Of a stretch of DNA of 64,000 bases, positions 51,194 through 60,358 are shown piece after piece (the first letter of the stretch is position 1; each line of letters begins with the position of its first letter). Position numbers and translations under genes: made by a program. Below the pieces are notes generated by a model that was not told the DNA's origin, did not search any database, and saw nothing but the letters and a program-made list of their open reading frames with translations. The stretch comes from an uncultured delta proteobacterium (GTDB lineage: Bacteria > Desulfobacterota > RBG-13-43-22): the NCBI GenBank assembly GCA_963743305.1, contig CAVUPH010000014.1, forward strand, positions 384,001 through 448,000. The letters are read 5' to 3'.

Positions 51194-53115
51194 TGGCGGA
51201 AGAAACGAAAGAGCGCAACAACTCAGGGGAGAAGATCGGGGTTTACCTCTGTCATTGTGGAGGAAACATCTCCGATCAGGTAGCGGTGGAAAAGGTCCGG
51301 GAGCGGGCCGAGAAGATCCCCGGTGTGGCCGTGGTCCGCACCAACCCTTTCATGTGTTCGGATCCCGGCCAGGAACTGATTGCCGAAGACCTTAAAACGG
51401 GAACCGTCGAGCGGGTGGTGGTGGCCTCCTGCGCTCCCAGTCTTCATGAGACTACTTTTCGCGACGTCATGGTCCGGGCGGGCGCTAATCCCTATCTCTA
51501 TGAACACGCCAACATCCGGGAGCAAGTGAGCTGGGTCCACCACGGTGACGCGGCCACGGACAAAGCGACCCGGCTGGTGGCGGCCGCGGTGGGAAAGGCT
51601 AAATACCTAAAACCTCTGAAACCCTTGCGGGTCGAGGCCAGAAGGCATGCCACCGTGATCGGCGGAGGACTGGCGGGGCTTCGGGCGGCTAAAGACCTGG
51701 CCGTCAGGGGATTTAAGGTGGCCTTGGTGGAACGCTCTCCTTTTTTGGGGGGGCGGTCGGCCTTATTGGACCGCATTGCCCCCACGGGAGAACCGGCCGC
51801 CGATCTGGTCTCCAACCTGGCCCGGGAGGTCCTGAGCGATCCGGCCGTCAGCCCGTATACCTGTTCCCAGGTAATCGGTTTCGAAGGGACTATCGGGAAT
51901 TTCAACCTTCGGATCAGATCCGCGCCTCCGGACTCGGAAGCGGACCACGAAAAGATCCGACGACTGCCGGCCTCCGGTGTCGGATCGAGAGAATTTGTCC
52001 CTCTGGCGGGAATGTTTCCGGGCGGCATTCCTGAGCGGACCGAAGATCGAACGATCGAAACCGGGGTGATCATCCTGGCCACGGGTTTTAAACCGTACAC
52101 GCCCCGCCAGGGAGAGTACGGGCAGGGGGTATTCCCGGAGAGCCTGACCCTTCCCCAGTTTATCTTGGAGAGAGCCCGCCAAAAAACCAACGGGAAGGTT
52201 CTGGAGTTGGGCGGACGACCGATTCGAAGCCTGGCCATGATTCACTGCGTGGGCAGCCGGCAGATCCCCGGCATTCATGAGGCGGATGAGGGCGGGGTCC
52301 TTAACGAATATTGCTCCCGCACCTGTTGCACCGCCACCATTCAGGCGGCGCTTCAGGTTCGACAAAACTATCCGGGGACGCGCGTCTATGAATTCTATCG
52401 GGATATTCGCACCTATGGCCGGGGCCAGGAGGAGCTCTATCGGCAAGCCTCCAACAGCGGAGTAGTCTTCCTGCGCTTCCAGGCGGAAGAACCCCCCCAA
52501 GTGTCCCGACCGATCGACGATAACGGGTTTCCTCTTCGGATCACAGTCAAGGACACCCTGACTTTTGGAGAGGAGGTGGAAGTTCCGGTGGACCTGGTGG
52601 TGCTCGCGGTGGGCATGGAGCCGAATCCCGTGCCCGACCTGGTGGAGATGATGAAGCTTCCGGTAGGCGTCGACCGGTTTCTGTTGGAGGTTCATCCCAA
52701 GCTGCGACCGGTGGAGATTTCCGTATCCGGGATTCTGCTGGCCGGAACCTGCCAGGCCCCCATGGATATCGGCGAAGCCTGTGCCGGCGCCGGGGCGGCA
52801 GCGGTCAAAGCCTCGGGCATCCTTTCCCGGGGCTACGTGGAGTTGGATCCCTTCGTAGCCGAAGTGGATATTCAGAAGTGCCGGGGAACAGGGGCTTGTG
52901 TGGAAGCCTGTCTGAATCCGGGGGCGCTGACGATGGTGGAGACCGAAGTCGAGGGGCGGCAGATCCGGCAAGCCCGGGTGAATCCGGCCCTCTGCCGGGG
53001 TTGCGGCGCCTGTGTGGCGGTTTGTCCGGAAAACGCCATCCAGGTCAACGGGTGGACGCTGCGGCAATACGAGGAAATGGTGGATATGATCCTGGCCGAT
53101 GAATTGATTTGCTGA
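51193..53115 (+). CDS. hdrA: HdrA-like FAD/Fe-S protein (long form)
   Basis: IGVYLCHCGGNI, MCS, ASC, NIREQ, IGGGLAG, HCVGSR, YCSRTCC, C-terminal ferredoxin. Confidence 0.85.
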   Translation: MAEETKERNNSGEKIGVYLCHCGGNISDQVAVEKVRERAEKIPGVAVVRTNPFMCSDPGQELIAEDLKTGTVERVVVASCAPSLHETTFRDVMVRAGANPYLYEHANIREQVSWVHHGDAATDKATRLVAAAVGKAKYLKPLKPLRVEARRHATVIGGGLAGLRAAKDLAVRGFKVALVERSPFLGGRSALLDRIAPTGEPAADLVSNLAREVLSDPAVSPYTCSQVIGFEGTIGNFNLRIRSAPPDSEADHEKIRRLPASGVGSREFVPLAGMFPGGIPERTEDRTIETGVIILATGFKPYTPRQGEYGQGVFPESLTLPQFILERARQKTNGKVLELGGRPIRSLAMIHCVGSRQIPGIHEADEGGVLNEYCSRTCCTATIQAALQVRQNYPGTRVYEFYRDIRTYGRGQEELYRQASNSGVVFLRFQAEEPPQVSRPIDDNGFPLRITVKDTLTFGEEVEVPVDLVVLAVGMEPNPVPDLVEMMKLPVGVDRFLLEVHPKLRPVEISVSGILLAGTCQAPMDIGEACAGAGAAAVKASGILSRGYVELDPFVAEVDIQKCRGTGACVEACLNPGALTMVETEVEGRQIRQARVNPALCRGCGACVAVCPENAIQVNGWTLRQYEEMVDMILADELIC

Positions 53116-53137
53116 TAAGGAGAAGGAAAAGGTTCCA

Positions 53138-53473
53138 ATGACAGCAGCCGAAACGGATAAAGAAGCACGGAATAAACTCCGATTGGCCCGAAAAGGGGTG
53201 ATCGCGGGGGTTGCGGTCCGGGTCAAGGAGCAGCAGCAGGCCGTCAAGGCCCTGAAGCAGTCCCTGCAGGCGGGCGGCAAAACGGTGCCGGAACTGGCTC
53301 AGGATACCGGTCTGCCGCCTTCTGAAATCCTGTGGTATCTGGCGGCCTTGAAAAAGTATGGTGAAATCGCCGAAGGGGCCAAAGCGGGGAGCTATTTTCG
53401 CTACATGCTGGCAACCGTCCTTCCCGGTGAAAAGGCGGTGGACCAGGAGATTTCAGAAGGGGCCGCGAAATGA
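53138..53473 (+). CDS. Winged-helix domain protein
   Basis: KTVPELAQDTGLPPSEILWYLAALKKYG. Confidence 0.65.
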   Translation: MTAAETDKEARNKLRLARKGVIAGVAVRVKEQQQAVKALKQSLQAGGKTVPELAQDTGLPPSEILWYLAALKKYGEIAEGAKAGSYFRYMLATVLPGEKAVDQEISEGAAK

Positions 53474-53772
53474 TCACGGTTAACCCCTCGTTTGCGGAAG
53501 AGTTGGCCCGTTTTGGCGTGGATAGCGCCCTGGATTGTTTTCACTGCGGGACCTGCGCCGCCATCTGCCCGTTGATCTATGAGCATTTTCCTCGAAAGAT
53601 GATTCGTTATATCCAGTTGGGCGCCAGGGAAAGGATTCTGGAAGACCCGAACGATCTGTGGCGTTGCCTGCACTGCGGACTTTGCACCCAAACCTGCCCG
53701 CGGAAAGCCGATCCTGGAGAGCTGATTCTGGGCTTGAAGCGTTTTGTTGTGGACCACTGGAGGAATCATTAA
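53470..53772 (+). CDS. HdrC-like 2x[4Fe-4S] protein
   Basis: CFHCGTCAAICP, WRCLHCGLCTQTCPR. Confidence 0.85.
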   Translation: MITVNPSFAEELARFGVDSALDCFHCGTCAAICPLIYEHFPRKMIRYIQLGARERILEDPNDLWRCLHCGLCTQTCPRKADPGELILGLKRFVVDHWRNH

Positions 53773-53773
53773 C

Positions 53774-54706
53774 ATGTACCGACCCCAGGATATCATCGAG
53801 GTCTTGGCCGGTAATGTACGCCGGACCGGGAGCCCCTTCGGCATCCCGAAATTCTTGGTGAACAATTGGTGGAAAGAACTGGGGCTCCGGCAGCAGGGTG
53901 AGTCCCTGCTGTTTACGGGATTGATGTATCAGTTCGTCCCCTACATCGAGAAGGCCACCAGCATTCTGGAAAAATTTGAAGATCGCCCACTGGCCGAATG
54001 GGTGCGGTTTGGGCGGTATCAGCCCAAACGATTGGCCGGTCTGGGGCTGGCCATGATTACTCCCGGTGCAGCCAAGAAAAGAGCCCAGGTCACTCTCCGG
54101 AATATCACCCGAATCCTCACCCAATCCGGAGTGGACTTTTTTTATCAACCGCAACTGGACGAATACAGCGGGATCCTGCTTTACGATTTGGGTGATCAGG
54201 AGAGCTTTGTGACGCACGCCCGGTATGTGGCCGGCCGACTAAAAAAAGCGGGAGTACGGAAGATCATTACCGTGGACCCCCACACGACCTATGCCTTGAA
54301 GGTTCTCTATCCCCAATACGTCGAGGAGCAATTTGAAGTGAGGACTTATTTTGAACTGGCCAACGTATCATCTCAGAATGGCCGAGGCCAGGTCACCCTC
54401 CATGATCCCTGTTTTTACGGGCGATATCTGGAATTGTCCGCTGCGCCGCGAAAGGCCCTGGAAAGGGTAGGCATCGAATGCCTGGAAGTCCGGAACTCCG
54501 GCGCCTTCACCCAATGCTGCGGCGGGCCGGCGGAGTCCATCTCCCCCCTTCTGGCCCGGGAGATTATGGGGCGCAGGGTGGAAGAGTTGAAATCCACCGG
54601 CGCCCCTTTGGTGGCCATGTGCCCCATCTGCCTGGGCAACCTGAGAAAGTCCGGGGCGGAGGTAGAGGACCTGTCGACTATCCTGGCCCGCGGGTTACCG
54701 GCTTGA
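53774..54706 (+). CDS. CCG-domain (HdrB/HdrD-like) Fe-S protein
   Basis: C-terminal HDPC, QCCGG, MCPIC; N-terminal CCG domain lacks Cys. Confidence 0.8.
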   Translation: MYRPQDIIEVLAGNVRRTGSPFGIPKFLVNNWWKELGLRQQGESLLFTGLMYQFVPYIEKATSILEKFEDRPLAEWVRFGRYQPKRLAGLGLAMITPGAAKKRAQVTLRNITRILTQSGVDFFYQPQLDEYSGILLYDLGDQESFVTHARYVAGRLKKAGVRKIITVDPHTTYALKVLYPQYVEEQFEVRTYFELANVSSQNGRGQVTLHDPCFYGRYLELSAAPRKALERVGIECLEVRNSGAFTQCCGGPAESISPLLAREIMGRRVEELKSTGAPLVAMCPICLGNLRKSGAEVEDLSTILARGLPA

Positions 54707-54789
54707 AACCCGGCAAATTTTGGATCGGCTAACGTCTTTGAACGTAACGTAAATATAACCCATTTCCAAGCAAAGAAAGGAGCAGTATC

Positions 54790-55164
54790 ATGGCGGAAAA
54801 AGAAGAAAAGATCCTGGTGATCGGCACCCATGCCTCAGACAATCCGGAGAAGGCGGCCATGCCCTTTGTCATGGCCAACGCGGCCCTGGCCATGGATGTC
54901 AAGGCCATGGTGGTGTTGCAGGGAGAAGGCGTTTATCTGGCCAAGAAGGGGTATATTGAAAACCTGGTCAAGCCGGGAGGCTTCAGCCCTTTCACCAAAC
55001 TGATGGCCGACTTCCTGGAACTGGGGGGGGCCCTCAGAGTTTGCGTGCCCTGCATCAAGGAGAGGAACATTGAAGAGTCCGATCTGATCCCAGGGGCTCA
55101 GACCACGGCCGCCGGCCGCCTGATTACCGAAGCGCTCCTGGCGGACGCCGTTTTCACCTATTAA
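54790..55164 (+). CDS. DsrE-family sulfur relay protein
   Basis: PFVMANAALAM, LQGEGV, VCVPCIKER. Confidence 0.85.
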   Translation: MAEKEEKILVIGTHASDNPEKAAMPFVMANAALAMDVKAMVVLQGEGVYLAKKGYIENLVKPGGFSPFTKLMADFLELGGALRVCVPCIKERNIEESDLIPGAQTTAAGRLITEALLADAVFTY

Positions 55165-55225
55165 AACCTTTTGTCGAAATCCGGTTGGGTCCGGGTAGAT
55201 CTGGGCGAAATGCGGAAAATAATGG

Positions 55226-55262
55226 CCAAGGGGGGGCAAAGCCCCCCTTGGTCTTTATTATT
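55226..55262 (+). terminator. Hairpin after dsrE, probable terminator
   Basis: ccaaggggggg-c-aaa-gccccccttgg followed by T-rich sequence. Confidence 0.55.
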
Positions 55263-55380
55263 AATAATAGTATATAAACAACCCAAGTGGTCGGATTCCG
55301 GCCATCGACCAAGCTCATGGCCCTGAGCCGGCCGAAGGGCTTTCGCCGGAATGTCGTGCAAGAAATCATGGGTGTGGGTC

Positions 55381-55408
55381 GTCACCCCGGCGAAGGCCGG
55401 GGTCCAGA
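55381..55408. repeat. GTCA-type REP-like palindrome (related copy at 56039-56066)
   Basis: gtcaccccggcgaaggccggggtccaga; gtcatgccggacccgatccggcatccag. Confidence 0.6.
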
Positions 55409-55471
55409 CATTAATCTGGGATGAACTAAGATGTTGCTCCGATTAGGAGACCCTTAATAAAAGGAGGAGCT

Positions 55472-55994
55472 ATGGAACTTCAAGGGAAGAAGGTCATTAT
55501 CTTTCGCCGAAGAGATGTATAACGAATTTGAACTCTGGTACCCGTATTATCGGTTGCTGGAAGCCGGGGCGGCGGTGACCCTGGTCGGATCCGGGAGCGC
55601 CCAGGTTTATAAGAGCAAATTAGGACTCCCGGTCAGGGTCCAGGCGAGCGCCGACCAGGTTGATCCGAAAAATTTCAACGGGCTGATCATCCCGGGCGGG
55701 TATGCCCCGGATCATATGCGACGCTACCCGGCCATGGTCCGCCTGGTGAAGGAGATCTTTGACGCCGGGAAGGTGGTGGCGGCCATCTGCCACGCCGGCT
55801 GGATGCTGGCTTCCGCCGAGGTGGTCCGAGGGAAAAAGGTGACCTCCTTTTTTGCCATCAAAGACGACTTGATTCATGCCGGGGCGGAATGGGTCGATCA
55901 GGAGGTCGTGGTGGACGGCAATCTGATCACCAGCCGGAAACCGGACGACCTGCCGGCCTTCATGCGGGCCGTGATTACAGCCCTTAAGGGTTAA
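55472..55994 (+). CDS. PfpI/DJ-1 family protein; frameshift near 55502
   Basis: RBS AAGGAGG and MELQGKKVII in an offset frame; E.ELWYP, IPGG, AICHAGW, SRKPDDL. Confidence 0.88.
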
Positions 55995-56298
55995 TACGAA
56001 AATAAAAACGATCACGCGTTCGGGAAGTTGTTTTTGCCGTCATGCCGGACCCGATCCGGCATCCAGGGTATTCGAAGCTCAAAGGGCTCTAGACATACGA
56101 CTATTTCCTGGACTCACTATTGATCGAAATCTCCATTTTTTGGATAGAACAGCAGCCTGGGGGGGGGGTGGTTTACGAGTCGGCGTGAGAACTCGAAGCC
56201 AAATCAAGGCCGAAAATATGACCCTGGATGGCCTGGCCATTCGATATGGGCAGTTATAGAGAAGGTGCCGGGAGATGAACGATCCTCCCGGTCTGAGG

Positions 56299-57042
56299 TT
56301 ATTTTAACAGGTTTCCCCGAACGCCGATCACTCTTTCCGCCAGGGGGATATTCTTTCCGGCCTTTTCCATGGCCTGCTTGACGATCCAGGGCAGGCCGGC
56401 GCAGCAGGGGACCTCCATGACCACGGTGGTCACGCTGTTGATCTGGGCCGTGTTAAAAATATCCGTAAACTTCTGAATATATTCCTGGACATCGTCAAAC
56501 TTGGGGCAGCCCATCATGACCACCTTGCCCTGGAGAAAATCTCGGTGAAAGTCGGGATAAGCCAAGGGGGTGCAGTCGGCGACTACCAGGAGGTTGGCGT
56601 TTTTAAGGAAGGGCGCCGTCGGGGGCACCAGTTTGATCTGCACCGGCCAATGGCTGAGGGCCGATCCCTGGACGGTTTGGGTCTTCGGCTGGTTGGCTTC
56701 CTGACAGGAGGAGACCGGGGCAAAGGTCTGCAGCGTGGTGGAGGGGCAGCCGCAGGGCAGTTTGGTTTCAGGCTGCGGAGCGGCCGGGGGTCTTATGGCC
56801 TTCAAATGCTCCTCGACGGCCTGTTCGTCGAAATCCTCGGACTCCCGTTCGATGATGTGCAAGGCGTCGTTGGGGCATTCGCCCAGGCAGGCCCCCAGGC
56901 CGTCGCAATATTTTTCGGCGGTCAGGGTAGCCTTGCCGTCTATGATCTGGATGGCGCCTTCGGCGCAGGAGGGAACGCACAGACCGCAGCCGTCGCAACG
57001 TTCGGGATCGATTTCAATGATTTTTCGTTTAATTATCATCAT
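56299..57042 (-). CDS. Hcp-associated 4Fe-4S ferredoxin-domain protein
   Basis: CDGCGLCVPSC, CDGLGACLGECP, CGCP, HWPVQI, ADC, GCPK, MEVPCC. Confidence 0.85.
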   Translation of the reverse strand: MMIIKRKIIEIDPERCDGCGLCVPSCAEGAIQIIDGKATLTAEKYCDGLGACLGECPNDALHIIERESEDFDEQAVEEHLKAIRPPAAPQPETKLPCGCPSTTLQTFAPVSSCQEANQPKTQTVQGSALSHWPVQIKLVPPTAPFLKNANLLVVADCTPLAYPDFHRDFLQGKVVMMGCPKFDDVQEYIQKFTDIFNTAQINSVTTVVMEVPCCAGLPWIVKQAMEKAGKNIPLAERVIGVRGNLLK

Positions 57043-57143
57043 TTTTTCCTTTGGATAAGAAAGGTTCACCCACCCCCCAACGTTCGGCTGAGCCACGTCG
57101 AAGCCCCCCTCCTCAAGGGAGGGGGAGTAGGAAGCGTTTGAAG

Positions 57144-57887
57144 TTAGGAGTTCTGCGGGGTTTTTAAAAACACCTTAATGGCCAGTTCCCGGCCGCTGTC
57201 GGTTAAAAAAGATCGATCAATGATCGCGGCCAGCCGTTCCGGGGATGATGCCTTTTCTTTCTGATTTTCCTCCAGGTTGACGATCAGGTCCGCGTCGTAG
57301 ATCGCTTTGAAATTGATGGTTTCCTTTTCCCGGGGATGATGGTGATGGCCGACTATATCGCAGACCTCCTCGATCAGTTCTTCCCGGGCGCCCAGTTTGG
57401 TCAGGATCTGCCGGGCAATGGGCGGTCCTTCTTCCTCCTGGTAGCGGGCGGCCGTGCTCTGGTATTTCCGTTCCGCCTCATGGATGCCGATGTCGTGCAG
57501 ATAGGCGGCCGAGAGGATCACCGCCGGATTCCCCTTTTCCTTTCTGGCCAGCTCCTCGGCATAGCGGGCCACCCGGGTGGCATGGCCGATCCGTTTGAAA
57601 TCGGTAGTGAAGTAGCGCTTCATTTCAATGGCCACCCGGTCCTTCAGGAGATCCTCTTTTTGGGCGATTAGTTCCGGGGGCAGCCCCCCCAGGCACTGCT
57701 CCGCATGAGGGCAGTAAGAGGCGCAACCGAAATCCATTTGGGGGTTGATGATCCGCTTCCCGCATTTCTTGCAGAGTCGGGTCGTATCATCTTTAAAGAA
57801 TTCGAGCTCGGCACCGCAATGGGGGCATTGGGTCTCGAAGATCGACCCGGGTTTCCAGTAACGGCTGTCCTGTCCTGGGCATTTCAT
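57144..57887 (-). CDS. HD-domain phosphohydrolase with N-terminal Zn-ribbon
   Basis: MKCPGQD, CPHC, CKKC, CASYC; IGH...LHDIG...HHH...DAD. Confidence 0.82.
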   Translation of the reverse strand: MKCPGQDSRYWKPGSIFETQCPHCGAELEFFKDDTTRLCKKCGKRIINPQMDFGCASYCPHAEQCLGGLPPELIAQKEDLLKDRVAIEMKRYFTTDFKRIGHATRVARYAEELARKEKGNPAVILSAAYLHDIGIHEAERKYQSTAARYQEEEGPPIARQILTKLGAREELIEEVCDIVGHHHHPREKETINFKAIYDADLIVNLEENQKEKASSPERLAAIIDRSFLTDSGRELAIKVFLKTPQNS

Positions 57888-57937
57888 AAAAAATCCTTTT
57901 ATCCTTGAATTCGGGTTGATCCGTGATCGGGGTCCAT

Positions 57938-57965
57938 TAGGGGCGGGTTTTGAACCCGCCCCTAC
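57938..57965. repeat. GTAG-type REP-like palindrome
   Basis: taggggcgggttttgaacccgcccctac. Confidence 0.6.
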
Positions 57966-57992
57966 GACAACCATTTATGAAAACAGGATTTT

Positions 57993-59621
57993 TTATCCCA
58001 ATATCGCCTTGAGATCCTCGTCCGGGGTGGTGATGGGCATGACGTTGAACGTCTTTACCAACACATCCAGGACGTTGGGGGTGATGAAGGCCGGCAGGGA
58101 GGGCCCCAGCCGAATGTTCTTGATCCCCAGGTAAAACAAGGTCAACAAAATGGCTACGGCCTTCTGCTCATACCAGGAAAGGATCATGGACAAGGGCAGG
58201 TCATTGACCCCCACATTAAAGGCCTTGGACAAGGCCACAGCGATCTGGATGGCCGAATAGGCATCGTTGCACTGCCCCACGTCCAGGAGGCGCGGGATCC
58301 CGCCGATGTCGCCCAGGTCTTTGTCGAAGAATCGGAACTTGCCGCAGGCCAGGGTCAGGACCACCGTATCTTTCGGTGCTTTTTCAACGAATTCGGTATA
58401 GTAATTACGTCCGGGTTTGGCCCCGTCGCAGCCGGCCACCAGAAAGAAGTGGCGGATGGCCTTGTTTTTTACGGCCTCGATGACCGCTCCGGCCACACCC
58501 ATGACGGTGTTGCGGCCGAACCCGACCGTGACCGTTTTCCCGTTGCTGTCTTCCGCAAAACCGGGTAAGGCCAACGCCTTTTCAATCACCGGAGCGAAGT
58601 TTTTATCGGCGATATGAGTGACCCCCGGGAAGCCCACCAAGCCGGTGGTGAAAATATTTCCCTGGTAGGATTCCTTGGGCTTCTGGATACAGTTGGTGGT
58701 CATCAGGATGGCCCCGGGAAATTCGCCGAACTCCTTGTGCTGATTCTGCCAGGCCGTGCCGTAATGGCCGTAGAAATGGGCATATTTTTTCAATGCGGGA
58801 TAGCCGTGGGTGGGCAGCATCTCGCCGTGGGTATAAACGTTGATCCCTTTGCCTTCGGTCTGTTTCAGGATCAGTTCCAGGTCTTTCAGGTCATGGCCGG
58901 AAACCAGGATGGCCTTGCCCTTTTTATGCCCTAGGGGAACCTTGGTCGGTACGGGATGTCCGTAGGTTTCCGTATTGGCGGCATCCAGGATTTCCATGGC
59001 TTTTAAATTGGCCTCCCCGCATTTCAAGGTCAGGCCCACCCAGTCGTTCAGGGTCAGGTCTTTGTTCAGGGCGGCGGCCAATCCTTCATGGATAAAGGCA
59101 TAGACGGACTCGTCTTCCTTGCCCAAGATCTGGGCATGGTCAGCGTAAGCGGCGACCCCCTTAATCCCGAAAGTGACGGTCCAAATCAGCGCATGAATGT
59201 CTCTATCCGTAGTGGTGTCTGATTGAATTCCAACCTTCTCTCCTTGGGCGATCATTCCCTCCAGGGTATCGGCCAGGATTAAATTCGCCGGTCCCTTCGG
59301 GAAATCCACTTTTCCGCCGGCCGCTTTTACCTTGGCTTTCAATTTTTCCCGCAGGGCCACGGTCTCTTTCAGTAGAGGAGCGAACCGATCGGCGTCAAAA
59401 TCCACATTGGTCAAGGTCGAAAACAAGGCCTTGACGGTAAAAATATTGGCCTCCGGGTCGCTGATGCCCACCTTGCGGCCTTCCACGGCCACCTGGGACA
59501 ATCCCCGCATGGCATACACCACCAGATCCTGCAGAGCGGCTACTTCGGGTTGCTTCCCGCAGACCCCGACTTTGGTACAGCCTTCCCCTTTGGCGGTTTG
59601 TTCACATTGATAACAAAACAT
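57993..59621 (-). CDS. hcp: Hybrid cluster protein (hydroxylamine/NO reductase)
   Basis: MFCYQCEQT...C...CGK, SGHD, YTHGEMLP, TTNC, GCDG, LACG, GQCND, WYEQKA. Confidence 0.97.
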   Translation of the reverse strand: MFCYQCEQTAKGEGCTKVGVCGKQPEVAALQDLVVYAMRGLSQVAVEGRKVGISDPEANIFTVKALFSTLTNVDFDADRFAPLLKETVALREKLKAKVKAAGGKVDFPKGPANLILADTLEGMIAQGEKVGIQSDTTTDRDIHALIWTVTFGIKGVAAYADHAQILGKEDESVYAFIHEGLAAALNKDLTLNDWVGLTLKCGEANLKAMEILDAANTETYGHPVPTKVPLGHKKGKAILVSGHDLKDLELILKQTEGKGINVYTHGEMLPTHGYPALKKYAHFYGHYGTAWQNQHKEFGEFPGAILMTTNCIQKPKESYQGNIFTTGLVGFPGVTHIADKNFAPVIEKALALPGFAEDSNGKTVTVGFGRNTVMGVAGAVIEAVKNKAIRHFFLVAGCDGAKPGRNYYTEFVEKAPKDTVVLTLACGKFRFFDKDLGDIGGIPRLLDVGQCNDAYSAIQIAVALSKAFNVGVNDLPLSMILSWYEQKAVAILLTLFYLGIKNIRLGPSLPAFITPNVLDVLVKTFNVMPITTPDEDLKAILG

Positions 59622-59726
59622 GATCGATCTCCTTTCTTGGTTAAAGTTAGTTTAATTAATTCGGAACCAACAAGGCCCGTTTCAACGTCTTACGGTTAAT
59701 AATAAGGTGATAACGGACGAATTGCC

Positions 59727-59740
59727 TTGATTTAAGTCAA
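59727..59740. promoter_or_regulatory. Crp/Fnr-family (HcpR/Fnr-type) box upstream of hcp
   Basis: TTGATTTAAGTCAA = TTGA-N6-TCAA. Confidence 0.7.
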
Positions 59741-59962
59741 CAATCGACTTTTATTAGACAAGAAAGAATGGAAACGATATCGATGGTTAATAATTATTAT
59801 TATTTGAAATAAATTAATACATTTGCCAGTGGGCGCAAGTAAGGCCGGAAAATTTTTTTTATTATCCTAATTTTTTTCTTGATTTCTCTTGAAATAAACA
59901 TATAAATGATTATTTATATACTTGTTGCTTCAATGGCTGATTTCAAGAATCAGGAATTTATA

Positions 59963-60343
59963 ATGATCAAAAAGAGCAGAAACAAGATGAAGGGAATAGC
60001 GTCTGAGGCTTTTCCGGAGGAGATGGGAAACCAGACGGAATGGGAACAGTCCCTATCCACGGTGGCTTTCTTAGCCAAAAGTTTGTCGGATGAAAACCGT
60101 TTGCGGGTGCTCATCAGTCTTCGCGAGGGCCGGCTTTCGGTATCCAGCCTGGTAGAGGCTTTACAATTGTCCCAGCCGCTGATTTCCCATCATTTAAAGG
60201 AATTAAAAAGGTCGCTGTTAGTCAAGGTCGAGCGCAATGGGCCTTTTATCTATTACGAACTGGCCGACAAAAGAATCCTTCAGATCATGAAAGACCTGGA
60301 GACCGTGGCCGGGGAATTACTGGCCAACCGTCGAACTTTTTAG
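59963..60343 (+). CDS. ArsR/SmtB-family regulator with no Cys (start uncertain)
   Basis: KSLSDENRLRVL, LSQPLISHHLKEL, R.GPFIYY. Confidence 0.88.
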   Translation: MIKKSRNKMKGIASEAFPEEMGNQTEWEQSLSTVAFLAKSLSDENRLRVLISLREGRLSVSSLVEALQLSQPLISHHLKELKRSLLVKVERNGPFIYYELADKRILQIMKDLETVAGELLANRRTF

Positions 60344-60358
60344 TCAGGAGAACACCCG

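Noticed and set aside
49408-53115. Selenocysteine in MvhD/HdrA, which are Sec-containing in some organisms
   Set aside because: These ORFs are uninterrupted and have no in-frame TGA.
51763-53280. 505-aa minus-strand ORF, and similar long antisense ORFs (699..1808, 6299..7198, 37206..38150, 49598..50884)
   Set aside because: These are shadow ORFs opposite well-supported genes in GC-rich DNA, with no recognisable motifs.
49841-54706. Calling the cluster qmoABC or methanogen-type hdrABC
   Set aside because: There is no aprAB or membrane QmoC, MvhD is separate, and the CCG protein has only one intact site.
59963-60343. Classical ars resistance or hgcAB mercury-methylation operon
   Set aside because: No arsC/acr3/arsB or hgcA motifs are visible up to the window edge.
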